DNA of 64,000 nt from assembly GCA_965229245.1 (NCBI GenBank), contig CBDDIW010000003.1, positions 849,834 to 913,833 on the forward strand, read 5' to 3'. The translations under genes and the position numbers were made by a program. Position 1 is the first letter of the stretch. Each line of letters begins with the position of its first letter. Positions 9,112-18,246 of the stretch are shown in pieces. Below the pieces are notes generated by a model. That model searched no databases. It saw only the letters and a program-made list of their open reading frames with translations, and had not been told where the DNA came from. Source of the stretch: Verrucomicrobiales bacterium (GTDB lineage Bacteria > Verrucomicrobiota > Verrucomicrobiia > Verrucomicrobiales > V1-33).

Positions 9112-10965
9112 TCAGGGCTTTTTCGCGAGGTCGATGGCGGTGATGCGCACGCGGCGGGTCACGGGGCCGTCCTCGGTGGGGAGGTCCACTTCCTCGCCCA
9201 CTTTCCGGTTCAGAATGGCGGCACCGGTGACGCTGAGATAGGAAATGATGTTATTGGCCACGTCCGTGTCCCATGCACCCAGGATGCTGTATTCCTCGGG
9301 TTGGCCGCTGGCGAGATCCAGCAGCGTGACCCGCGTGCCGATCGAGACGGCCTTTGTGGAGACTTCCTCGAAGCCCGTGCCCTGGGCCCGCTGGAGATCG
9401 CGCTCCATCTCAAACTTCCGGCGCTGGAGCACCACGGCGTATTCCTTCGCGGACTTGAACTCGAAATTCTCCCGCAGGTCCCCGTAGCTCCGGGCGATGC
9501 TGATATCCTCCACGTTCTTCGGGATCTCCACATTGATGAGGTTATCATACACCTTCTTCTTCTCCTCCAGGCTCTTCCAGGAAACGATGAGGGCGGCCTC
9601 CTCCTCTTTTTCGTCCTTTTGGCCTTCGTGAATGAGGGTCTCGATTTCCGGATACACCCGGATGAAGCGGGCGAGAAGCGAACGCTTGCCCATTTCATCG
9701 ACGGCGGGCGTCAGGAGCAACTGCCGGGCGAAGTTTCGCACCTGGGGCAGTTCCACGCCGGTAATGAGGTCCGCGATGAGTTCGCGGTCCGCCACCAGCA
9801 CGTCATTGATGCGGTTGGCCTTGCGGTTTTCGTCATCGAAATGGTCCCGCTCGATGGCGGAGAGCAGCGCCCGGGAAAGTTCCGGTCCGAAAACATCCGA
9901 GGCCAGGCCGCTCCGCTCCCGGATGATCCACACCAGCGTCTCGCTGGCCAGGGTGCGGTGGAGGATGCCCGTCTTCAGGAAGTTATTCATGGGCCCCAGG
10001 TAGCCCTTATCCTTCAGCACGGCGCACAGTTCATTGATGCTGCGGGCGGAGAGCTTGTTGAGCAGGGGCAGCAGCCCCTCCACGCCGGAGTCCCCGGTGG
10101 CGTCCACCAGAGCGTCAAATACCCGGCGCTGCTTGCTCACGGCCAGACTGCCCACGCACTCCGCCAGACGCGGGCCGTCCGTCTTCATGGCGGCGGCCAG
10201 GGAGGGGGAGACGGTGTCCTTCAGCGCGGGGATCTTGTCCCGCAGTTCGTCGCGAGCCAGGATAAGGTCCAGGGCGTCCACGGTGTGGAGCCGCAGGTTT
10301 TGCGTGGCCGCGTCGTCCGCTTCCTTGAGCAGGCCTTCCAACTCCGCCTGATCCGTGAACTGCGTGGCATCGCGGGCGATGGCCTCCATGGCTTTCGCCT
10401 TGGCCTTGATGCCCCGGGCCTTCCGGAAGTCCGAGGACAGCGCCTCGGAGGCAGAGAGATCCCCGCCGCGCAGTTGCAGCGGCAGCGTGCGCTTCGCGGG
10501 CACGATGAACTCCGGCTTGGATTTCAGCGCTTTTTTGACGGATTCCCACCAGTTCTTGAACTTGGACTCGGTGACGATCTTCGGCTTCACCACGGCCTCA
10601 AAAGAGTCCAGCAGCATGCTGCCGCCGTGGCTCTGGAGAATCTCGCGCACCAGACCCACCGGGTCCTCCAGGGCCATTTTGGTCAGCACGGCCGGGTTTT
10701 CATAGCGGCGCGCCAGGATGTGGCTGTCCTGCACCACGTTCAGGGAATTCGCGGCGAATTCCAGCTTCATGGGATGGCCTTTTTTATCCTCGAAATCGAT
10801 GATCACCTTGTCATCGAACAACTCCCAGGAACCGATGCGGCCCACGCCCCAGCTTTTATGAAAGCAGAAGATGCCGGGCTGAAGCTGGGTCAGTTTGACC
10901 GCCGCGTGGGGCGGCAATTTGCCGGAGGCAACGAGTTTGGCAATATCGGGATGAATGTCGGACAT
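9112..10965 (-). CDS. long GreA/GreB-family transcription elongation factor-like protein
   Basis: 617 aa. The C-terminus carries GreA motifs (YGDLRENFEFKSAKE; IGTRVTLLD...ISYLSVTGAAILNRKVGEEV). The N-terminus, FHKSWGVGRIGSWELFDDKVIIDFE, resembles a CarD/TRCF RNAP-interaction domain. Confidence 0.85.
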   Translation of the reverse strand: MSDIHPDIAKLVASGKLPPHAAVKLTQLQPGIFCFHKSWGVGRIGSWELFDDKVIIDFEDKKGHPMKLEFAANSLNVVQDSHILARRYENPAVLTKMALEDPVGLVREILQSHGGSMLLDSFEAVVKPKIVTESKFKNWWESVKKALKSKPEFIVPAKRTLPLQLRGGDLSASEALSSDFRKARGIKAKAKAMEAIARDATQFTDQAELEGLLKEADDAATQNLRLHTVDALDLILARDELRDKIPALKDTVSPSLAAAMKTDGPRLAECVGSLAVSKQRRVFDALVDATGDSGVEGLLPLLNKLSARSINELCAVLKDKGYLGPMNNFLKTGILHRTLASETLVWIIRERSGLASDVFGPELSRALLSAIERDHFDDENRKANRINDVLVADRELIADLITGVELPQVRNFARQLLLTPAVDEMGKRSLLARFIRVYPEIETLIHEGQKDEKEEEAALIVSWKSLEEKKKVYDNLINVEIPKNVEDISIARSYGDLRENFEFKSAKEYAVVLQRRKFEMERDLQRAQGTGFEEVSTKAVSIGTRVTLLDLASGQPEEYSILGAWDTDVANNIISYLSVTGAAILNRKVGEEVDLPTEDGPVTRRVRITAIDLAKKP

Positions 10966-11657
10966 TTGGAGGGGGAAAAATTAGCAGGGCTCACCGTCCC
11001 ATCTGTCTCCGTCCGCCGAATGCAACCGGGAAGCATGGGAAGGACCCCGGGTGGGCCGGGAAAACGATGCAGCCTGCATTATTTCTTTTGCATTTTGCAC
11101 CCCGTCATCTCTCAGCCGGAAAAGTGTGCCCTGTTTCAGGACTCCCTGAGGGGGTCCGGGGATATTCGCCTGACAAGGTTGCGAAGGGCGGTGAATAAGT
11201 CGCGGCCATGGCCATTATTAAGCATTTACACATCCAATAACCTGCCAGGAACCTCCGAGGGGCAGGGGCTTTCCCCCTCACTGATTGTGAATAACTCCTC
11301 GCCGTCGGGCTGTTTCCGGGGACGGAAAATCCTAACGTATTTTATCCGGGAACACGGATTGATTACCGGCGGGAGCTTGAGAAAATACCTGATGATCAGG
11401 CTGTTAGTGGCGGGACAGGGTGTCCCGCTCCATGCGGACTCCTGCTTGCCGCCATCAAACAAATTCATTTGGCGGCAGGTTAAAGAATTCTGAGATCATA
11501 AAAGCCGCCGGTCCCGGCGGGGCTTCTCTAACTAATTGTGAATATCCGGGGAATAAGCGGGGAATGGCTAACAGGAAAAGCATGGAACGTCCGTTCCACC
11601 AGTGTTCCCCAGGTTTCCGCTTGCCGGGGGGAGGCGCGGCGGGCACGGGAGTTTTCC

Positions 11658-12806
11658 ATGTTCACCGTCCTCGCCACAGATTCCGAAACCAAAGCCCGCC
11701 GCGGGCGGCTGGTGCTGCCCCACGGCACGGTGGAAACGCCGGTCTTCATGCCCGTGGGCACGCAGGGCAGTGTGAAGGGGGTCTCCCCGGCGGAGTTGGA
11801 GACGCTGGACGCGCAAATCATCCTGGGAAATACCTATCACCTCAATCTCCGCCCCGGGTGCGACGTCATCCGGGAGTTCGGCAGCCTCCACCGCTTCAGC
11901 AACTGGCGGCGGCCCCTGTTGACGGACAGCGGCGGATTCCAGGTCTTCTCCCTCAGCAAGCTGCGCAAGATCACGGAGGAGGGCGTGCATTTCCAGAGTC
12001 ATCTGGATGGCTCAAAGCGCTTTCTGGGCCCGGAGGAGAGCATGGCCATCCAGGCGGTGCTGGGGAGCGATATCGCGATGCTCTTCGATGACTGCCCTCC
12101 CTACCCGGTGAGTGAAAAAGACGCGGAGAAAAGCCTGGCGCTCACCCTGCGCTGGGCGGCCCGTTGCCGGGAGTGGGTGGCGAAGCACCAGCCGGTGACG
12201 GATACCGGAGAGCGGCAGTTTCACTTTGGCATCGTGCAGGGTAGTTCCTATGCCGGGCTGCGGGAGCGGGCCGCGCGGGAACTCGCGGCCATGGAGTGGG
12301 ACGGCTATGCCATCGGCGGGGTCAGTGTGGGCGAGCCGGAGCCGGAGATGATGCGCGCGGTGGAGCACGCGGAGCCCTTTCTCCCGGCGCACAAGCCGCG
12401 CTACGCCATGGGCCTGGGCACGCCGCCGCAGATTCTGGAAATGATCGCCCGCGGGGTGGATATGTTTGACTGCGTCATCCCCACGCGTCTCGCGCGGCAC
12501 GGCACCGCCTTCACCGCCCGGGGCACCATCAATCTGAAAAACCAGCAGTTCACGGCGGACAAGGGCCCCATCGAGGACGGGTGCGAATGTTATGCCTGCC
12601 AGGAGTTCAGCCGGTCCTACGTGCGCCATCTTTTCCGCGCGGGGGAAATCCTGGGAATCAGGTTGATTTGTCTGCACAATCTGCATTTCTACCTGTCCCT
12701 CGCGCGCCGTGCCCGGGAGGCGATTGAAGCGGGGACGTTCCCGGCCTTTCGCGCGGCGTTCGTTTCCCAATACCTCCCCACTGCTCCCCCAGCCATCGCA
12801 TCCTGA
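11658..12806 (+). CDS. tgt: tRNA-guanine transglycosylase
   Basis: MFTVLATDSETKARRGRLVLPHGTVETPVFMPVGTQGSVKG, LLTDSGGFQVFSL and a CxCxxC zinc motif (CECYAC). I moved the start to the ATG at 11658, inside the 11538 ORF. Confidence 0.95.
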   Translation: MFTVLATDSETKARRGRLVLPHGTVETPVFMPVGTQGSVKGVSPAELETLDAQIILGNTYHLNLRPGCDVIREFGSLHRFSNWRRPLLTDSGGFQVFSLSKLRKITEEGVHFQSHLDGSKRFLGPEESMAIQAVLGSDIAMLFDDCPPYPVSEKDAEKSLALTLRWAARCREWVAKHQPVTDTGERQFHFGIVQGSSYAGLRERAARELAAMEWDGYAIGGVSVGEPEPEMMRAVEHAEPFLPAHKPRYAMGLGTPPQILEMIARGVDMFDCVIPTRLARHGTAFTARGTINLKNQQFTADKGPIEDGCECYACQEFSRSYVRHLFRAGEILGIRLICLHNLHFYLSLARRAREAIEAGTFPAFRAAFVSQYLPTAPPAIAS

Positions 12807-12809
12807 CTC

Positions 12810-13205
12810 ATGCCTGCTTTTTCCACTGCCGCTCTCCTCTTCGCTGATTCCACCGCCGAGCAACCTCAGGGGCCGAATCTCCTCTGGATGCTGCCCATCC
12901 TCTTCGTGATGATGTGGGTCATGGGCGGGCCCCGCCGCCGCGCGGAAAAAGAGCACCGCGCCCGCATGGCCGCCCTGAAAACCGGTGATGAAGTGGTGGC
13001 CGCCGGCGGCATCCACGGCCTGGTCACCAATGTGAGTGACCGCGTGGTGACCCTGAAGATCGCGGACAACGTGAAGATCAAAGTGGAAAAAGGCAGCGTG
13101 GTGTCCGTGGTGAAGAAGTCCGACGAACCGGAGCCTGCCGCCGCCATCGCCACTAGGGAGGTGAAGGACGCCAAAGAGGTGAAGGAAGTCACTTCCGCCA
13201 GCTGA
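12810..13205 (+). CDS. yajC: preprotein translocase subunit YajC
   Basis: A TM segment followed by LKTGDEVVAAGGIHGLVTNVSDRVVTLKIADNVKIKVEKGSV. It sits between tgt and secDF. Confidence 0.85.
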   Translation: MPAFSTAALLFADSTAEQPQGPNLLWMLPILFVMMWVMGGPRRRAEKEHRARMAALKTGDEVVAAGGIHGLVTNVSDRVVTLKIADNVKIKVEKGSVVSVVKKSDEPEPAAAIATREVKDAKEVKEVTSAS

Positions 13206-13290
13206 GGCCCCTCCTGGTAAGAATAACCAGGCAGACCCGCCGCTTGGCAACGCTCCACGTCCAGCCGCGACGCGGTCTTACTTCAACGGA

Positions 13291-14190
13291 ATGGATTATC
13301 CTCCCGCCATCTTTCCTCACAGCCTCCCCCCGGACCGGGGCGGGGCGGCGCGTGGACGGAGAGCGGGCGGTTTCCTTTCCCGTTTGGCCACCATGGCTCT
13401 CCTGATGGCGGGCCTGACGGCTTTCACGGGCTGTGCCCCGGAGAAAGAGGGGACTCCAAAGGAAGTGCTGAAGGGCAAAGGCGGCGCGTCCTTTGCCATC
13501 CGGGTAAAGTCTTCAGACGGTGGGCCCGTTGACCCGAAGGTTGTCACCCACGCCCAGGCAATCATCGAAAAACGGCTCGACCCCCAGGCGGAAAAAACAC
13601 TGAACTTCTCCCGGGAGGGCGCGGATCTCATTTTGTTACAAATCCCCGGTCTCCCGGAAAGTGAGATTCCAGCCACCACGGCGCTTATCGAGAAACCCGC
13701 CAAACTGGAATTCCGCCTCCCGGGGCCCAACGGCCTGGATCCCCAGCCTTCGAACGACTTTAGTAATGATCCGCCGGATTGTGTGCGAATGCTCCACCTG
13801 GACAGAAACCTCCCGGCCTCCGGAAGCTCCCAGTGGGTCCTGGTGCGGAACAGGGCGGAACTCTCCGGGGACAGCGTGGAGCAGGCCTTCCACAATATCG
13901 ATGGTTATAGCAACAGTCACATCATCCATGTGAAGCTGCACCAGGAAGCCGGAGACCGGATGCGCGAGCTGTCCACCGAAAATCAGGGGAAGCCGCTGGC
14001 GATCGTGCTCGATGGTGAGGTGCTTTCCGCTCCCAATATCCGGGAGCCGTTCGGGAGTGATTTCCAGATTACCGGCACTTTTACAGAGCCGCAGGCCCGG
14101 GAGCTTGCGATTCAGCTGATGAATCCCCTGGAGACGCCCTTGAGCGTTGAAAAGGCCACGGCGGTGCCGCCCGCGGGAACTCCGAATTGA
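13291..14190 (+). CDS. lipoprotein paralogue of the SecD periplasmic (P1-head) domain
   Basis: Lipobox-like LTAFTGC. It aligns by eye over about 250 aa with the N-terminal periplasmic part of the downstream SecDF (AIIEKRL, AKLEFRL, LAIVLDGEVLSAPNI, FQITGTFTEPQARELAIQLMNPLE) but has no transmembrane core. Confidence 0.7.
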   Translation: MDYPPAIFPHSLPPDRGGAARGRRAGGFLSRLATMALLMAGLTAFTGCAPEKEGTPKEVLKGKGGASFAIRVKSSDGGPVDPKVVTHAQAIIEKRLDPQAEKTLNFSREGADLILLQIPGLPESEIPATTALIEKPAKLEFRLPGPNGLDPQPSNDFSNDPPDCVRMLHLDRNLPASGSSQWVLVRNRAELSGDSVEQAFHNIDGYSNSHIIHVKLHQEAGDRMRELSTENQGKPLAIVLDGEVLSAPNIREPFGSDFQITGTFTEPQARELAIQLMNPLETPLSVEKATAVPPAGTPN

Positions 14191-14284
14191 TCCTGCCCGC
14201 GGATATTTTTTGACACACCGGTCTATTACAGGCATTGCCTACCCTTTCCTTCCCTTTTCTCCCCCCAGATTTTCTTAAAACCGT

Positions 14285-16771
14285 ATGATCGCAGCCGCTG
14301 AAAATTTGTCCTTCATGGACCGCTACCTGCCTTACCTTGTGCTGGTAACCGGGCTCCTGGCCGCCGGGCTTCTCCTGGCCTACTTTATGTCCGAGACGGA
14401 CCAGCGGAAACGCGTGCTGGGCTCCTTCCTGGCGCTGTTGCTCTCGGGCTTCAGTATCTTCTGTATCACGGAAGGGGAAGGGATCAAGCAGGGGATCGAC
14501 CTCAAGGGCGGCGCCTCCTTCCTCGTGAGAGTGCAGCCCGCGGAGGGACGCCCGGTCACCCCGGCCATTCTGGCCCAGGCCCAGGCGATCATTGAAAAAC
14601 GCCTCAATCCGAATGGTGGCGTGGACGTGACCATCGCCCCCCAGGGTGAGGACAAGCTCTATGTGGAAGTGCCGGGACTGAGTGAAGAGGAAATCAAGAA
14701 AAGCGAGGCCACTATTGAGCGCGTGGCCAAGCTGGAATTCCGCCTCGCCGGGCCAAACGGCCTGCAGGAAAGCCTCACGGATGACATGACCAATGACCCG
14801 GCGGACTGCGTGCGCCTGCCTTATCTGGACCGGCACACCGGGAAGAAAGGCGCGAAGGACGCGAAAGAGCCGCCGCCGGAGAAGCACTGGGTGCTCGTGA
14901 AAAACAAAGCGGAGCTTTCCGGGAAAAGCGTGAAGCAGGCTTTCCACAGCATCAACCCGGGGGAGACCAGCTACAGCATTCAGGTGACGCTCCACAGCGA
15001 ATTCGGGGAGAAAATGCGTCAGTTGACGACCGCGAATACCAGGAGACCCCTGGCCATCGTGCTGGACAATGAGGTGCTCTCCGCTCCGAATATCAATGAA
15101 CCGTTCGGCGAACGCTTCCAGATCACCGGCAGTTTCACCGAAGAACAGGCCCGGGAGCTTTCCAGCCAGCTGATGAACCCGCTGGAGAACCCGCTGCAGG
15201 TGCTGCAAAAGAGCACCATTTCCCCCACTTACGGCAAGTCCCAGGTGGATCAGGGTATCCGTTCCGCGCTGGTGGGCATGGGGCTCACCCTCGCTTTCAT
15301 GGTGCTCTACTACCGTCTCTCCGGTTTTATCGCCCTCATCGGCCTCACGGTGAACCTGCTCCTGCTGCTGGGAGCCATGCGGGTTTTTGGCCAGACGCTC
15401 ACCATGCCGGGTATCGCGGGGATCATCCTCACGCTGGGGATGGCCATTGACGCAAACGTCCTCATTTATGAACGGATGCGGGAGGAGTTTGAGGCGGGGC
15501 ATGATTTTTCCACGGCCATCAAGTCATCCTATTCGAAGGCCTTCACGGCCATTTTTGACTCGAACAGCACGTCGCTCATCACCTCCATTATCATGATCCT
15601 CGTGGCCTCGGGCAGTATCCGGGGCTTCGGGCTCGCGCTCACCATCGGTCTCGTGGCGCACATGTTCTCCGCCCTCCTCATCACCCGGGTGTGCTTCCTG
15701 TGGCTGCAAAAGACGGGTGTGAAGAAGCTGAGCTTCATGCACCTGATCAAGAACCGGGACTACAACTTCATGGGCACCCGGCGGATTTGTGCCGCGGTCT
15801 CCCTGGTAGTGAGCCTCGCGTGCGTCGGCCTTGTCATTTACAAGGGGAAGGACGCCCTGGGCTACGAACTGCGCGGCGGTGACGATATCAACCTCAAAGA
15901 CATTCCGGGACTCAACCTGGAGAATGTGAGCAAGACGCTGGAGGATTCCACTCTCGAATTCAAAGACAATCTGAACGTGGGCACCGTGGATCCCATCGGT
16001 GAAGAGCCTTACGTTCACATCCGGAGCACCCCGGGCACCGCTCCTCAGATCAAGGAAACGCTGGTAAAGGCACTCGCGGGAAGTGACACGGTGATGGCCG
16101 AAAAAATCCGGAACGCCACCACGGAGTCCATGGGATCCGCCGTGGGGGATGAGATGCTCTGGCGCTCGCTCGCTGCTATCGTGGCGGGTCTTGTGGGGAT
16201 CTTCATTTACCTCACCTTCCGGTATGAAATGCCCTTCGCCATCGGCGGCATCGTGGCTATCATCCACGACGTGACCGTGGCCGTGGGCGCGTGTGTGCTG
16301 GCAGGCAAGGAGATCGGCCTCATCCTTATCGGAGCCTTCCTCACCATCGCCGGTTACTCCATCAATGACACCATCGTCATCTTTGACCGGGTGCGGGATA
16401 ACCTGCGCACCATGAAAGGGGATCTGGAGGACGTGCTGAACCACGCTATCAGCGCCACGTTGAGCCGGACGTTGATCACCACCATCGTCACTGGCATCGC
16501 GGTCGTGGCCATGTTCCTCTTCGGGGGCAAGTCCATGGCGGACTTCTCGTTCACCATGCTGGTGGGCATGCTCACCGGGATTTACTCCACCATCTTCATC
16601 GCCAGTCCGGTGGTGCTCTGGTGGGCCCGCGCCCGGAAGCTGAACCTGCGCCAGGCGATCATGGACGCGGATTCCCAGCGTCTGGAAGCCCTGAGCGGCA
16701 TGGAGCGCGAAGCTCCCGCCAAACCCACCAAGCCGAAAGGCGACGACGACAGCGCCCTCACCCCGGCCTGA
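14285..16771 (+). CDS. secDF: fused protein-export membrane protein SecDF
   Basis: 828 aa. SecD periplasmic domain plus 6 TM (GIAGIILTLGMAIDANVLIYERMREE), then a SecF half (GYSINDTIVIFDRVRDN). Confidence 0.92.
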   Translation: MIAAAENLSFMDRYLPYLVLVTGLLAAGLLLAYFMSETDQRKRVLGSFLALLLSGFSIFCITEGEGIKQGIDLKGGASFLVRVQPAEGRPVTPAILAQAQAIIEKRLNPNGGVDVTIAPQGEDKLYVEVPGLSEEEIKKSEATIERVAKLEFRLAGPNGLQESLTDDMTNDPADCVRLPYLDRHTGKKGAKDAKEPPPEKHWVLVKNKAELSGKSVKQAFHSINPGETSYSIQVTLHSEFGEKMRQLTTANTRRPLAIVLDNEVLSAPNINEPFGERFQITGSFTEEQARELSSQLMNPLENPLQVLQKSTISPTYGKSQVDQGIRSALVGMGLTLAFMVLYYRLSGFIALIGLTVNLLLLLGAMRVFGQTLTMPGIAGIILTLGMAIDANVLIYERMREEFEAGHDFSTAIKSSYSKAFTAIFDSNSTSLITSIIMILVASGSIRGFGLALTIGLVAHMFSALLITRVCFLWLQKTGVKKLSFMHLIKNRDYNFMGTRRICAAVSLVVSLACVGLVIYKGKDALGYELRGGDDINLKDIPGLNLENVSKTLEDSTLEFKDNLNVGTVDPIGEEPYVHIRSTPGTAPQIKETLVKALAGSDTVMAEKIRNATTESMGSAVGDEMLWRSLAAIVAGLVGIFIYLTFRYEMPFAIGGIVAIIHDVTVAVGACVLAGKEIGLILIGAFLTIAGYSINDTIVIFDRVRDNLRTMKGDLEDVLNHAISATLSRTLITTIVTGIAVVAMFLFGGKSMADFSFTMLVGMLTGIYSTIFIASPVVLWWARARKLNLRQAIMDADSQRLEALSGMEREAPAKPTKPKGDDDSALTPA

Positions 16772-16891
16772 CGACAACAGCAGGGACCTTTTTTGGCCCG
16801 GCGCATCTCTTTGATTTCGCCGGACCGGGCCTCCTGACTTGATGATTCCAATCGGCTCCCCTGGCTCCCTGCCAGGGGAGCCCCGCGTGGG

Positions 16892-17272
16892 ATGAAGGGC
16901 ACGTTGCTGGTGTTGCTGCCTCCGGGCACCCTCTCCGTGAAGGACGAGGTCCGCCGGCGTCTGGAGCCCTTCCGGCTGAATGAGGATGACGAAGCATCCA
17001 TCCGCTCCCGGCACTGGGACTACTGGCACGCCGGTCCCTCTTTCCCGGAGGGCGACCCGGTTCTGGTGGAGGACCTCCCCCCGGATTATTGCTCCTCAGG
17101 CGTGCTGACTCCGGACAATGTCTGGCATGACCTCCAGGATCACGGCTGGCGCCTGATCGATGGGCAGCCTCCCAATAACATCCTCGCTCAGAAACGCTGG
17201 CACCTCAGGTTTCTCCATCTCCTCTGCCTTCACCCCGCCCACCTGTGCTTTGAGGCTCTGGTGCATTCGTGA
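16892..17272 (+). CDS. hypothetical protein
   Basis: 126-aa ORF with no recognised motif. Coding status uncertain. Confidence 0.3.
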   Translation: MKGTLLVLLPPGTLSVKDEVRRRLEPFRLNEDDEASIRSRHWDYWHAGPSFPEGDPVLVEDLPPDYCSSGVLTPDNVWHDLQDHGWRLIDGQPPNNILAQKRWHLRFLHLLCLHPAHLCFEALVHS

Positions 17273-17631
17273 GGCCGGGGAATCTTGGGACGCCTCTTTC
17301 GGGCAGAAAGTCCGCGCGAGGTAATCCGTGGTGGAGTGACACTTTCCAGCCACAAAGTAATTTTTTTCCAACCCCGCTTCCCGGTCTTCCTCGCGGCCCC
17401 CCGGCGGGAGCCGGCGGATGACGTGGGCAGGGGAGGGGATTGATTGTTAAAGCACTGATGGAGAGTGGTTTATGTCGTATTTCCTCCTCCCGGAAGGGAG
17501 CCGGATTCCTTCATGGCCCACATAGCGGCTTCATGGGAAGCTCTCCATCTTTTCAGTGGAAATGTGAAAAACGAACCGCAGAGTGCCCGTTCCGACTCCC
17601 ATCAACATCATCCCTACGTTCCGAAACCCTC

Positions 17632-18192
17632 ATGGCATCCTCCGTCACTCCTCCCGTTCCCGGCGCTACGACTTCCGTCACCCCCAGCTGTGCCTGTGGG
17701 CAGGGCCTTGCTTACCTGGTGCTGCGCGTGGGCCTCGGTCTCATGCTGATGCTCTACGGAGTTGAGAAGTTTAAAAGCCCGGCGATGCCGTACAACTACA
17801 AGTTTTCCTACTGGCATGACACGCTGAACGAGGAAGGCGTCGTGGTCGCCACGGGCAACTGGGTGAAGGTGGCCAAGCCGGTCTTCGAATTCGGCGGTTT
17901 CAACAACACGGACTTCTATGGAGAGAAGACGGTCAATTTCTTCAGCTATATCTTCAAATATTACGCCCAGGGCCTGCCGTATGCCATGATCGGCGTGGGC
18001 ATCTTCATTCTTCTCGGCATCCTGAACCGCCTCTCGCTTTTCCTCGGAGCCAGCATCTGGCTGAGCCTCGCCCTGGGACAGATGACCCTGCCGGACAGCC
18101 CCACCGTGGCGCTGCTCATGAATTTCACACTCTACTACGTGGTGGCGCTCGCGCTGGTGCGTTACAACCGTTTCGGCCTCATGCGCTACTAA
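17632..18192 (+). CDS. DoxX-like integral membrane protein
   Basis: LAYLVLRVGLGLMLMLYGVEKF plus further TM segments. I chose the start at the internal ATG 17632 (MASSVTPP). Confidence 0.5.
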   Translation: MASSVTPPVPGATTSVTPSCACGQGLAYLVLRVGLGLMLMLYGVEKFKSPAMPYNYKFSYWHDTLNEEGVVVATGNWVKVAKPVFEFGGFNNTDFYGEKTVNFFSYIFKYYAQGLPYAMIGVGIFILLGILNRLSLFLGASIWLSLALGQMTLPDSPTVALLMNFTLYYVVALALVRYNRFGLMRY

Positions 18193-18246
18193 GGCGATCC
18201 CCGGATCTCCGGCATCCGCCTTCTGATCGAACCCCGTATTTTTGCC

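Noticed and set aside
9301-11493. 730-aa plus-strand ORF
   Set aside because: It is antisense to the GreA-like gene and runs on into non-coding DNA. The translation has the composition typical of high-GC shadow ORFs (rich in R, G, A, L, H).
11580-11605. ccgttccacca, reminiscent of a tmRNA/tRNA 3' end
   Set aside because: There is no adjacent T-arm (GGTTCGAATCC-like) or acceptor-stem complementarity.
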